A stretch of 62,993 nucleotides of DNA, counting the filler, from Pelomyxa schiedti (lineage: Eukaryota; Protista; Evosea), in NCBI GenBank assembly GCA_020536535.1. It is 15 parts of 15 records of this genome, joined end to end, with 100 filler letters (N's around TTAATTAATTAA, not from the genome) between each part and the next. Parts side by side here need not be neighbours in the genome. Positions count along the whole stretch, not along the records: positions 51,470 to 53,068 come from JAHLWZ010002396.1; positions 53,169 to 59,510 come from JAHLWZ010001431.1; positions 59,611 to 61,856 come from JAHLWZ010002053.1; positions 61,957 to 62,993 come from JAHLWZ010002957.1; 11 more parts are not named here. One strand, written 5' to 3'. This document shows positions 51,502 through 62,993 of this stretch, piece after piece. Numbering within the stretch: the stretch's first letter is position 1; the number at the start of each line of letters is the position of its first letter. The notes under the pieces are model-generated. The model searched no databases and was not told the DNA's origin. It saw only the letters and a list, made by a program, of their open reading frames with translations. The translations under genes were made by a program, and so were the position numbers.

Positions 51502-52913
51502 GTGGTCGCGGTGGACACCGACACAGTGCAGCAGCAAGGCGACCATTCCGTGCCCATCCCCCACAGCAGGATTAGCAGCCACGAGGACCGACGGAACCAA
51601 GGTGATGATGCCGACGACGACGACGACGACGATGCTGCTGCCGACACGTTGGATACGTCCACTGCGGCTACGAGTCCTGTTGTACGGGATAAAAAAACCC
51701 CTTTGTTTCGTAAACCACAACTACGGGCTCTGAAGCAAACAACAAAGTCCTCCCCCAGAACTCAACAGCTGTCTACAATAAAATCAACTCTCAGGCAGCA
51801 AAGACAAACTCCGTCCTTGGCAAAATCACCAACACCTGGAAAGAAGCCAACAGCAGCCGAAAGAATTGCCGGCCGATCGAATGACACTAATGACAGAAGC
51901 AACGTTGGTCGCTCAACTGTAAGCAAGCCGGAAATTGTTGTCAAGAGGTCACCAAAATTTCTTGTGAGCAGCAACCACCAACAACCAACTGGCTCTTACA
52001 GGGCGGAGAAAGAAAATGAGGATGCAGATTGCAACGTCGTCTCAACCACCAAGATCACTCACAACACACTGCCTGCAAAAACACCAAAGAAAGCTCCTCC
52101 TTCATCTCCAATCAACTTGATAGACTCAGGAGGCGTGAAATCAAAAACCATGAAAAAATCCACAGCAGCACTGGTTCAAGGCACTGCATGCCAAAGTGGC
52201 AGTAAGACGAAAAACCTGCAAGACATGCGAAAGATGGAACACCCAGTGGAAAGTGGAGAGAAGGACATTGGCACCCCACCTAGAGTTGGAAGCACAATAA
52301 TAATATGCTCAGATGGCGAGATTTCTGTTCCGCCAGGAGAGCAATTTCTGAACACAAACACTGTGGAACTCTCAATGGATGAGTGCAACCAAATCATTCA
52401 GTGGTGCCTTTTGGAAGGTGGAATCTCTGATGAGTTACTCGTCAAGGCCCGTACCCTCCTCTAGCTTTTTCATGTTTCTGACTTGCATTATTTAGGCCTT
52501 TGTGTATTTGAACCCAAAATACTTGTCCAGAAGACTAATTGAAACAATGAGAGGGAAGGAGCCTCCTATAGAGATAAATGGTAAATCTGCTTGTGGTGAG
52601 AAGAGAAAATTTATTACACACCTATTTCCCAGCTCATATAGATTCTAGCACCAGTGAAATTGAGCACTATTACAGAACAGGGAGAGCGATGGCCGGTTCC
52701 AATGAGACGTTGGTTGAGCTGGAAAAATCAATAGCAGAGATGCAGACACTGAAGTGCACACGATACACAGACAAACCATTTATTATTCTGGATGGTTCCT
52801 CCGGAATGGGAAAGACACAGCTTGCTTTTGCTTTGAATGAAGACGTAATGTTCGTATTCACATACTTGAGTTTTTTCTTCCCGTGGAATACTCCACCAAC
52901 ATCACAAATATAG
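51502..52913 (+). CDS. Low-complexity N-terminus + Crinkler (CRN)-type P-loop NTPase, apparently truncated
   Basis: PFIILDGSSGMGKTQLAFAL at ~52777-52835 resembles the F..LE.SSG.GKTQMAF.L motif of CRN-type NTPases; stop shortly after. Confidence 0.6.
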
Positions 52914-53168
52914 ATACGTTGTTTATGATGGGGAAACACAGGATATCTATAAATGCTTTACACCTTTGTCAGCTTCCTTCTGTGATTGTGTGGCAAGAGA
53001 TTCCGGGGAACTTCACAAGAAGGGCCGATTCCCCCATTGCAATGTCTTATTTGGGGCGTCACGGGAACNNNNNNNNNNNNNNNNNNNNNNNNNNNNNNNN
53101 NNNNNNNNNNNNTTAATTAATTAANNNNNNNNNNNNNNNNNNNNNNNNNNNNNNNNNNNNNNNNNNNN

Positions 53169-53984
53169 TTGTGTGGGTGCCCACCCATTCCTGCTTCTGT
53201 GACATTGACTGCAGTCCTTCTGAGGTTCTCAGTGTGGTGAAAGCTTCCATCAAAGGTGAATTCACAGTTAAAACCAAGGTCAGTCGTGCAGTGTCAGTGT
53301 GGAAGAGGTTTCCCTTGTCACCAGTTGAGCACCACGATCTCCTTGTCACATTGTTGAACAAGGTTGTGGAGGTTGGCTCATTTTACGAGTTCAAGCAGGT
53401 TTTGTCATTTGGAGATTTCACAGCCAAAGAGATCAAGCAATGCATTGATTACAACCATCCACGATCCTCCAAAACTACAAAGTGGTTTCTCTCCTCTGTC
53501 TTCACATCAACAAGTTGCACAAGCAGCACCTTTGAGAAGGAAGAAGAGCTACATGATAATGGTAATAATAGTCTCCTCGTGCCCACTTTTATCTGGATGC
53601 TTGGGCACAACAAACGAGGATGTGCCGAGTGGCTTTTCCACAAGTTGAAATTCACTCTTCCTGCTGTGTGTAGACTCTCACCCTTTTTTCACGCACAGCT
53701 CATATTTTGTGCAGGTGCTCTCTGAACTTGAAAACAAGAGGTGGTTAATGGCGGCAGTTGACATTGGCACATGGAAGTTGATTCTGAAGCTTTTCCCAAA
53801 CATCACAAGGGATGTTGCCATCATGCACTTCATGTACATCATTGTATCCACACCACTTCATGCACAGTTCACCGTCAACAACATCAATCTTGGGATCACT
53901 CTTGATGACATCAAGGACTTCTGCAATGCCAATAAAAGGGATCCTGACCTCTTCCAAACGAGGTGGTGGCTTGACCACCTTTAA
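53169..53984 (+). CDS. C-terminal part of an ankyrin-like family paralog
   Basis: Highly similar to 57505-58188, ending QTRWWLDHL*, with one intron near 53668-53714. Confidence 0.8.
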
Positions 53985-54248
53985 TCTCCACCCGTGTACT
54001 TGCTAAAGTACGCAGCCGTCATACTCAACGGTCACCTTCACATTCTCAAGTGGATACTTCCCCCACTGGCACTTCAGTTGTGGTGCAGTGGGTGTGCTGT
54101 GCAGACGCCATGTTGGCAGAAAATGCGCACAGTAATTGACAACAAATCGGCAACGAAACGAAACGAAACGTCGATCAGAAATTACTTTTGATTTCACCAA
54201 ACACCGTAGCGCCAGGACAACGCAGCCAGTCTCCAACACGAGCTCACC

Positions 54249-55628
54249 ATGTTGTCTGCCACAAGGAAGGAGACGGCGACGGACCAAGCTGGCGCCCTGT
54301 GCGCGGGCCTGCACCCCCGTTGCGGCGCCGGGTGCCCGCTGCGGAGAGTGGCGGCAGCAGCAACTACGAATCGTGGGATGGCTGCGGTGGCCGCGACCGT
54401 CGACGCTACGCTGGTTGTGAGGCTGGTGTGGCAGTGGATACGGGAGAACTCCAGGTTCTACTGTTTCACCTGGAGCAGTTACTTCGATCTGCAGCACAGT
54501 GTACCACCGCAGATGGTCACGTTTGGCGTGTCAATGGCCCTGATGACACTGACACATGGCATGAAGTGGTGGGCAGAGAGGCGCGGGGAGAACATGCTAG
54601 GCAGCAGCTTGCACTACCTGGTGGTGTCTGACCGTGGAAAGGTTGTATTTCTGCAGGACACGGAAACGGGCGAGAGGACACCGTTGTTGAGATACACCGG
54701 CACTAATTTTTCTGACGATTTGGCGACAAACGGGAGATGGGTTGTGTTCTGTGACACACGTTCCATGATGATGGTTGTGGCTGAGATACCAGTGAGGAAA
54801 AACTCAAATGGTGGTTCAATTGCCGTGAGGAAAATCCTTGTGAAACTTGACCCAAGGTGGAGGTTCTGTGTTCCCCAGTTCGTGGGAATCCTCAATGAAA
54901 ACCACCTTTTGTTGTTCTGTTATGACGAGCCTCTTCACCCCACATTCTTTGAGTTAGTATTGGTTGACATTGTGGAAACTTGCTCGTCCAAGAGACTGAC
55001 TGTGCTGAGTTCAACTGTTCCAAGATTGAGTGACCTTCCCCCTTCCATTGCTCACTTTGGCACCTTTCTTTATAGGCCCTATCCTGTGTTCAGAAGAAGA
55101 AAAGACCTTGAGGGTGGCACCAACCACTTGTTCGTAATGAGAGAAGGTGTAGGAAGCCCTCATGGTTACTGTAACTTCACTATTGAGGAGGGAACTGGGA
55201 AACTTGGCAGAGCATTCCCAGAAAGCAGGACATACACCAAGCGTGTGTCACAGGTGAATCAGTCGCAGTTCGGTGTTATGGATGACAGTTCCGATTCTGA
55301 AGAGCATTCAGTCTGGGATGCAAACAACGCAGGCAAGCCAGACAGGGGACCGGAATGTCAGAGTGGCCACACTGAAGGCTATTCAGTCTGGGATGTGAAC
55401 AACGCAAGCAAACCAGTCAGGGGAAGGGAATGCCTGAGTGGGTGCACCACAATTCAGGCTTTCATTGAGGGTGGCCTGCTTTTCCAGTTAAGTGAGGCAC
55501 GAAAAGAAATACACGTGACGGAGGAGGCAACTGGTGTGCACGTCATCACCCTCAAGCTGTTTAGTTCACTGAGCAGAATCACATCCCACTTCTCCTTCTC
55601 TCTCACTGGCTCATCATTTGATTTCTGA
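54249..55628 (+). CDS. Intronless 459-aa lineage-specific protein (helical N-terminal motif + beta-rich body)
   Basis: Single ORF with ATDQAGALCAGLHPRCG...LVWQW, FGVS and TNGRWVV motifs. Confidence 0.8.
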   Translation: MLSATRKETATDQAGALCAGLHPRCGAGCPLRRVAAAATTNRGMAAVAATVDATLVVRLVWQWIRENSRFYCFTWSSYFDLQHSVPPQMVTFGVSMALMTLTHGMKWWAERRGENMLGSSLHYLVVSDRGKVVFLQDTETGERTPLLRYTGTNFSDDLATNGRWVVFCDTRSMMMVVAEIPVRKNSNGGSIAVRKILVKLDPRWRFCVPQFVGILNENHLLLFCYDEPLHPTFFELVLVDIVETCSSKRLTVLSSTVPRLSDLPPSIAHFGTFLYRPYPVFRRRKDLEGGTNHLFVMREGVGSPHGYCNFTIEEGTGKLGRAFPESRTYTKRVSQVNQSQFGVMDDSSDSEEHSVWDANNAGKPDRGPECQSGHTEGYSVWDVNNASKPVRGRECLSGCTTIQAFIEGGLLFQLSEARKEIHVTEEATGVHVITLKLFSSLSRITSHFSFSLTGSSFDF

Positions 55629-55783
55629 GCTGCAAAAAACCCTCACAACCAACAGAACCAATGGTTGTGTATTACCTCTTTTCGCGTTGTAGTGCCTGTT
55701 GGCTCTATGCTGCCATCAAAAATCAATCGACTTACTGGATTCAAGGAACCATCCATTCGAATCCGATTCGATTTGGTTGTGCG

Positions 55784-58188
55784 ATGAAGCATACCCAAAG
55801 CGTAGTCGTGGGGAGCCCCACCGCGAGCGAGTTCCACCCACCACCAACATATAACAAACAGAGGATCTTGGTGCTCTCCCGGATCGTGTGGGAGCAAGTC
55901 GTGGTGCCCTGGGTCCTGCCCAAAGCGGCGGCTCCTCACAAGGAGTGGCGCGACTACGACTGGCTACCGCGGACCACGGTGGTGTCGTGCGTGTTCGCCA
56001 CAGCCGAGGCGATGTTCCCCCTCGTGGCCCTGGCCTCCCGCGCCGTGCTGCTGCTGCACAGCAAGTGTCATGGCAATAAGTCGCGGCACTACCTCTCGGT
56101 CGAGGCGGCGGCCGGGGCGCTGAGCCCGAGGTGCGTCGTGTGGATCATCAGAAGCAAGTCGAGGAGGATGGCGATGGGGACGGGGTGCTGGTGGGAGACA
56201 GAGGTGGATGCGAGTCGTGACAGAAATGCCCGGCTGCCGTCGCCGACGCTGACGTCATCGTCAGCAGCACGAGGCGATGATGCAGACACGGACACGGCGA
56301 TGGGGATGGATTATCATCATCAGAGGAGGAAGGCCAAGGAGCAGGTGGCGGTGCTGAGGGGGCTGTGCGTGGGTGGACACTTGAAGATCGCACAGAGGTT
56401 CGCGGAGAGTGGGTGTGAGTGCTGGTGTGAGGAGGGAGGAGGCATCGACGGCAGTTCCACCACCGAACTTACGAAGGCGTGGGTGCTGTGGCCACCAAAC
56501 AGCGGTGGTGGTGGTGATAAGTCAATCACAGGAAGAACTTCTGACATTGCGGTGTGTGTATCTGTATCTCTCTCTCTTTAGCGGGTTTAACTGTTCTAAA
56601 GAGCTCTTTTCAGTTGCCGGGGGTGGGGAAGAATTGGAGTGCTCCTCTGTGTGGCGAATTCTGGGGCAAGAGGGGTTTATTCCACATCATGGGAGAAGTG
56701 AGCATAAATGGGCATTTGGATGTGTTGAAGTGGCTTGTGCTGGACTGTGTTAAGCAGATCAAAGGAAACAAAGCCGTCCTTTGTGGGTGCCTCAGAGGGG
56801 CAATCCGCAATGGTCACCTTCACATCCTCAAGTGGCTGGTGAGCACTTTTGACTTGAGAGAATTGGTGCGTAGAATGGGACTGGAGTGCTCATTCCAACC
56901 AAGGAAAGGCAGAGTGTCTGATGTGAAGATCTTCGTGGAGACCTTCCCACACTGGCACTTCGGCCATTCCCAGTGCTTGACTGCATCAGCAGCATCCTGC
57001 AAAGGGTGTTCAGCAGAGGAGATCATTGAAACGTGCCAGTGGCTCAAGGATCGTTTCCCACTGAATGGTGCCGCAGTTCTCCTCGTCACAAGAAGCCTGC
57101 CGAAAAACTCACAAGTGGTTCAGTGGGCACTCTCTGATGTCACTGATAGCGAAACACTGAATGGAACTTGGCGTCGCACGTGCGCGGGAACTGGGGATGT
57201 CGAGTTTGGAAAGTGGGTTGTTGAGGAGAAGGGTGTTGCAGCAACAACCAACAACTTCATGGTGGCATGTTCAGGAACCCATGACAACGTGGAATTCCTC
57301 AAGTGGTTGTTCCAGAAAGTTGGTGGAGATCTGTGCCCAGATGATCTTGTTGGAGCACTTCACAGTGCTTTGGCAGTGCGAAATGACTCCATTGCCAGAT
57401 GGTTGGAGCAGCAAATAACCACCACAACAGGTTCGAGGCCAAAAATTTCTCTGTCCAAAATTCCTTTGTTGTGTGGCATGCCAATACGTGAAGACTGGCT
57501 TGAGTGGGTGCTCACCCATTCCTGCTCCTGTGACATTGACTGCAGTCCTTCTGAGGTTTTCAGTGTGGTGAAAGCTTATGTACAATTCACCCTTAAAGCC
57601 GACATCAGTGTTGCAGTGTCAGTGTGGAAGAGGTTTCCCTTGTCACCAGTTGAGCACCACGATCTCCTTGTCACATTGTTGAAAAAGGTTGTGGAGGTTG
57701 GCTCATTTTACGAGTTCAAGCAGGTTTTGTCATTTGGAGACTTCACAGTTGATGATTTGATGCAATGTTTTGATTACAACCATCCACGATCCACCAAAAT
57801 AACGAAGTGGTTCGTTTCCTCTGTCTGCCAACAAAACCTCTTGCCAACTTTTCTCTGGATGCTTTGGCAAAACAAACGAGGATGTGCAGAGTGGCTTTTC
57901 CACAAGTTTAAATGCACTCTCCCTGCCGTGTGTACATTCACACCTTGTTTGGTGGCACCAGTTGACATTGAAACATGGAAGTTGATTCTGAAGCTTTTCC
58001 CAGACATCACAAGGGATGTTGCCATCAAGCACTTCATGCGCACCATTGCATCTACACCACTTCATGCACAGTTCACAATTGACAACACCAATCTTGGGAT
58101 CACTCTTTATGACATCAAGGACTTCTGCAATGCCAATCAAAGGGATACTACCCTCTCCCAAACAAGGTGGTGGCTTGATCACCTTTGA
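55784..58188 (+). CDS. Ankyrin-like repeat protein, lineage-expanded family; intron 56552-56613
   Basis: GGHLKIAQRF, NGHLDVLKWL and NGHLHILKWL; a GT-AG intron joins the two ORFs in frame. Confidence 0.8.
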
Positions 58189-58277
58189 CGTGTTTCAAAA
58201 TCAATTTTTTGGGGAACCCAGTTCAAATTCCCCAAAAGAATTCCCCAAACCGCGATGGATTTAATTCTTTTGATCAA

Positions 58278-59414
58278 CTAGAAGTGGAGGAAAGCCAAAA
58301 GAGTGTCAGTGGCAGCATCAGTAATAGCGTACCTGTAACTTTCAGGCTTCTGCCTCTGCCTGGAGCCCCACACAATTACTCCACCTGCAATACGGCTTGG
58401 GTGTGTCCCAATGAAGTGCATTTGAGAGCCGTCTGCCACACCTGGTATTTCTCTTGGGCAGGGCACAGAAAGGAATGGTTTGCTGAGGTCACCACTGCAG
58501 AACACCTGTAAGTCATCACCCTGCTCGATGCCCTCTGCTATGTAAAGGTGGCCACTTATTGGGCACAGAAAGCGAGTGAAACTGTGAGTGCACTTGGTGG
58601 TGGTGTTGTAGACGCTGAAATCCGAAGACCCAAGCCAAGCGACGCAGATGGGATCACGGCCAAGCACACTTAGGCGGAACATACTTATATCCTTTGGGAG
58701 AGGTACCTCCTTCTTGAGCACAATTTCCCTCTGGATGAAGCTTTCCTTCAGGTCAATGTGCAACAGAAAGCATGACCCGTCGCTTGGCCTCAAAACAACC
58801 ATTAGCAACACGTCGGGATCATTCTCGTAGAGTGCCACACCAAGAACTTCCTTCTTCACACTGAACGTGGTGCTGCTCTCCCCAATAGGAAGCAGCGGCG
58901 TGCCATCGCCACCAGAACCAAGCTTCCACATTGTCACCTCCATTCCCACAGTCAGCACAATCCACCTTGTGTTGCACACCTGATGGTCCACCTCGTTGCT
59001 CACCCTCGGCTCACTCACCTTCTGCACCACACGCCCACTCCCATCAACAACACCAATAGCAAGCCCAGTGGATATAAAGCCCTTGGCCACCACCAGCCTC
59101 TCACCATCATCACCATCACTCGCACTTGGCCTCTTTACCATCCCCTCAGACGTGGCTTCCCCCATCGTCGATGGTGACGGTGACGATGACGATGACACCA
59201 CCACCCTCCCAATGTGACCAATGAGCATGCACGAGTCACTTGCGCGGCAGGTAGCAAACTGCGCGGACCTCACAACACCCATAGTCGGAGACAGGCACAT
59301 CCAAACGTGGCCCTGGTCTGCCTCACTGCTCCTTCTTGTGCTGTTGTTGCTGCTGCTGTCGCCGCCGCCGCCGACATTATTAACAATTATTTGGGACTGC
59401 CCAAGTGTGCACAC
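58278..59414 (-). CDS. Intronless lineage-specific protein, same family as 54249-55628
   Basis: LSPTMGVV, CNTRWIV, HIDLKESF and ITDAATDTLL motifs. Confidence 0.7.
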   Translation of the reverse strand: MCTLGQSQIIVNNVGGGGDSSSNNSTRRSSEADQGHVWMCLSPTMGVVRSAQFATCRASDSCMLIGHIGRVVVSSSSSPSPSTMGEATSEGMVKRPSASDGDDGERLVVAKGFISTGLAIGVVDGSGRVVQKVSEPRVSNEVDHQVCNTRWIVLTVGMEVTMWKLGSGGDGTPLLPIGESSTTFSVKKEVLGVALYENDPDVLLMVVLRPSDGSCFLLHIDLKESFIQREIVLKKEVPLPKDISMFRLSVLGRDPICVAWLGSSDFSVYNTTTKCTHSFTRFLCPISGHLYIAEGIEQGDDLQVFCSGDLSKPFLSVPCPREIPGVADGSQMHFIGTHPSRIAGGVIVWGSRQRQKPESYRYAITDAATDTLLAFLHF

Positions 59415-59610
59415 TTTTTATCGGGTTTATTAGTTTTCTCAGTCCAGAGACGAGGAACTGAGACGGAAAAAAAAGGCGTTTTCTACAAGACCATCGGCCA
59501 CGGGGTGCAANNNNNNNNNNNNNNNNNNNNNNNNNNNNNNNNNNNNNNNNNNNNTTAATTAATTAANNNNNNNNNNNNNNNNNNNNNNNNNNNNNNNNNN
59601 NNNNNNNNNN

Positions 59611-60087
59611 CGCGTCGGATTCCACGTAGGCGTCGACCAGATAAGCAGAGGCCTTGACCGTGAAATTGAGGCCGCTCTTGGTGGCCTGGATGGACCCACA
59701 AGTGCTCTTGACGCGCGGCAGGGTGTCCAGCGCCTGCCTCAGCGCGTGCAGCCCAACGCGCGCGCTGAAGCCGACGGGGACAAGGTCGCCGGGCGCCAGG
59801 CTCCCGTCCGCGTGCGCCGCCTGGTCCGCTGCCAGCGCCATCTCCCCTATTTCCTCCATGCTCTCAGAACTCATGCCACTGCTACTACTGCTACTACTGC
59901 TGCTACTGCTGCTGCTGCTGCTAGTGGTACTCGCAGTGCTCACGCCTCCAGTCGGCCCCGCGCCCGCGTCCGCGCCTGCCCCGCGCTGCTGCTGCTGGCG
60001 CCTTGGTGCCGCGGCGATTGTGGGTTGTTGTGTCAAGGGCAAGGTGGGGTCGGATGACGACGATGTGGTGGATGCCGAGTGCGACAT
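59611..60087 (-). CDS. Probable Rad1/PCNA-fold checkpoint clamp subunit (N-terminal part)
   Basis: FSARV...LRQALDTL...IQATKSGLNFTVK...VDAYV resembles the first strands of Rad1 (ATKNGIKVTVE). Confidence 0.45.
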
Positions 60088-60304
60088 TTGTTGTGCTGCC
60101 GCTGTTGTTGGTATGTAGGTTCCAGTAGAGCGTGAGGGGGGCAGTAACTTATTTTTACGTGGCAGGGCCACAACCAACGCAACGGGTACATCGAGACGTG
60201 ACGTGACCGTGACGGCCTCTTTTTCCAGTCACAACTTTTTTATACTTCCTGCTCTTTGAAAATCCATCGGCCTCGACAACGGTCTGTGTTTCGGATCTTT
60301 GGAA

Positions 60305-61825
60305 ATGTCGCGGTGCACGGGAGGAGGGGAGTACCGCATGTGCGGGTGTGAGTACACGTACCATTTTCACAACATATGGTGTCCGGTGGTGTGGTCGTGT
60401 TTGCGGTGTAGGCGTGGGCGTGTGGATCTAGATCCCCTGCAAGATCTGAAAGCGGCCATTGTCTGCGTCTCCAAGAGGCACGCACTGCTGCGTGCGCGTT
60501 CTTCTTCGCCGGCGGACAGAGTGCTGAAAATTGCGGATCATGCGGCAGGACCTGCAGCAGATATAGAAGCCATTGAAGTTTCGTGCCGAGAGGAGGCAAT
60601 TGAGAGGATGACAAACATGTGCAAGTGCGTGGGAAGTGAGTTCATCACTACACATTCTCGAGAATCTCGGTAAAAGCGATGTGATCGTATTAACGAATGA
60701 CACTAGGGAGGACTGGAACAGTGACGAGAAGTGGCGCTGTAAGCTTATGCGCGAGCATACAGACAGGTCTTGCGTCTATATTGTGGCACAGTTTTCACAT
60801 GCCATCATTGATGGAATGTCTGCTGGCATTTTCATATGCGATCTAGTCAAGTGTCTGAATGGAGTCAATCTGGGTGATCCATTGCCTATCCCGCGACCAA
60901 TTGAGGAAAGGCTACCCGGTAGCTGATAGTATCTTTAACCTTTGCAAATAACCTGATGATGGCCGGTGAGGATGGAATGAAATCGAGCCAAACTGGTCTG
61001 CTGTTAGCCAAGGATATGGTCATGTGCTTTCTGAAATGCGAGTGTCACAGAAAAATCATAGATTCTTCACTACATATACGGTGGAACAGACAGAATTTCT
61101 TGTCAAGGTGTGTACTATCAGTCTTGCCTGTTTTATCTTTACTCCATTTATCCGATAGCAATGCAAAGATAATGGGCTGACTGTAGCACCGCTACTTATT
61201 GCTTCCATGGCATATGCCCTGGAGTGCCGTCGGGCTACTGTTTTCGTAAATGTTGCAATGCAACCCATTACGCCACTCGACGAACCAACGATTTCCATGA
61301 ATGCCTCAGGGAACCCGCTCCCTCAAGTTGATCTTCCTGACCGTCCAGTGCTGTCATGTGCTGCGGGAATTAAACAGTGGGCATGGTCTGTAGCAAAAGA
61401 ATTTGCTCCTAAACTCAAGGCTATGCTGTCAAACAAGGAGTCTCTTTTGCAGCGTACCATTCCAGATTCTTTGGGAGGTCCAGTGCCTCCACGCGATTCT
61501 TTCCCGGCTGATGGACTATTTGCTGTGTGTACCTTCCTTCTTATGTTCGGGACTAATCCACAAACAGGTTTCAAATGTTGGCAATATTGGTGCCGCATGC
61601 GGCATAGATGCTGCATGCAAGGATGGCACTGGGGCTTGGGGTGTTCTTGACACTATCGTGTCTGTGGGCAATGGTGTGATACCATCCCTGCCCGCAATGT
61701 GGTCTTGCACTACAGGGGGGAGAATGTCGCTCGCAATTCTACTGTATGACCCACCTGATTCCAGGCACACAGCAGAACGTGTGAACTCTCATGTGCTGTC
61801 TTTCTTGAGCTCATTTTTGTCCTAA
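60305..61825 (+). CDS. CoA-dependent acyltransferase, condensation/alcohol acetyltransferase (PapA5-like) fold, multi-exon
   Basis: KRHALLRAR, catalytic FSHAIIDGMS (HxxxDG) and VSNVG motifs. Confidence 0.75.
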
Positions 61826-62993
61826 CAAACAACACAAACCCATTATCCTCTATATANNNNNNNNNNNNNNNNNNNNNNNNNNNNNNNNNNNNNNNNNNNN
61901 TTAATTAATTAANNNNNNNNNNNNNNNNNNNNNNNNNNNNNNNNNNNNNNNNNNNNCATCATCACCCGTGAAGATGATGAGCAGCTACACTCGCACGCTT
62001 CGGCACAACACGAGGAAGGGGCCAGTGCAGTTGCACACATCATTATGATGCTGTAGCGTGTGTTGTTTTTGTTTCACACACAGGTACCTTTTGGTGCCGT
62101 TTTACTTGATAAGCATAGGTTAGTAATATTCCATTACTAATGATATCTTAGGCATTGTGCCACATATAATGTCCTGTGCAGAAATGCTACGTAGCTGTGT
62201 GCTCATCATGAGGTAAGTATTCCTCACTTCCCTATAAACACATGATTATTCCGAAAAATTATATAATATCATATATAAATATTATGAAATTCAATAAATC
62301 GAATTAGTATTAACTGCTCATTAAAACACATAACAGTAAATACAAACGAAATGAAATGAATAAATACGTACCAATACAACCTAGCTTTGTATAATTTCCT
62401 GCAAGCTAATTTTTTGCTATTGTGCCGAAAAGGCCGCCATCAGTGCTGGGCGCGGGAGTGCCGGGCGAAGACACCCTTCTCAAAGGTCGGCACAAAGGAA
62501 ATATTCCATTAGTTTGCACAGACAGAGCCCTTCTTCACTTCAAAAGTACTGACCACCTCGACAATTTCATATAATAGAGCGAAATAATACAATAATGTTC
62601 ATGTGACAAGCCAATGAAACAAACGAAATGAGTAAATAGAGTTATACTAATCTTCCTAGCTTTGTACGATTTCCGAGCTTCAAATGCGCATATCTACCAT
62701 TCCCGCTATTGTATGATATTGCATCATTCGCGCGCTAATCCTATTGCAGGATGCATATTGCCAGTGCCGGAAATGTATTCCGCTTCAGTGCCGGAATCAT
62801 CCTCCAATGTGCCTGGTTGCGAACCCGCGATTTCACGGGATCACTCTCGTGGGGGAAATACTATTCACCACCACCGTGATGCTGAAGTATTTCTCGTCAC
62901 TATGCCGGGCTGTATCTCCACGTTCCTTACACTTCCGCCCTCCCTTCGCTCTGGCCCCACGAGCCAGTTATTACCTCTACTATTTTACATTGC

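Noticed and set aside
62425-62450. Hammerhead ribozyme or U2 snRNA on the minus strand
   Set aside because: It reads CTGATGG rather than CTGATGA with no GAAA core, and has no GTAGTA branch-pairing motif.
62836-62865. CRISPR-repeat-like or tRNA-like sequence (GTATTTCCCCCACG; GGTTCG)
   Set aside because: Single copy, no spacers or cas genes, and no cloverleaf.

Overview
This window is not one continuous locus. It is about 15 short contigs/scaffolds joined by artificial spacers (N run + TTAATTAATTAA + N run), with further 100-N internal gaps. The DNA is eukaryotic and intron-dense (many ~40-120 nt GT-AG introns). The gene families resemble those of an amoebozoan protist, and the style recalls Archamoebae such as Pelomyxa (inference, not verified). 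Housekeeping genes: ABCC/MRP transporter, monoglyceride-lipase-type hydrolase, divergent Rab, DGK1-like CTP-dependent lipid kinase, formin, Yip1, DCAF7/WDR68, a SAM methyltransferase, a probable Rad1-type clamp and a condensation-fold acyltransferase. Accessory content: Sel1-repeat proteins that share an unannotated upstream domain (one fused to a PINK1-like kinase), ankyrin-like and intron-poor lineage-specific families, a bacterial-dynamin-like GTPase, a Crinkler-type NTPase, a Sen1-like helicase with a degenerate P-loop, a TKL pseudokinase and two Ty3/gypsy copies, one scrambled by two short inversions. The main feature absent from the ORF track is a CRE/R2-like non-LTR retrotransposon frame with two zinc-finger pairs at 1-1711 (-), which overlaps a second long open frame for about 1.17 kb.
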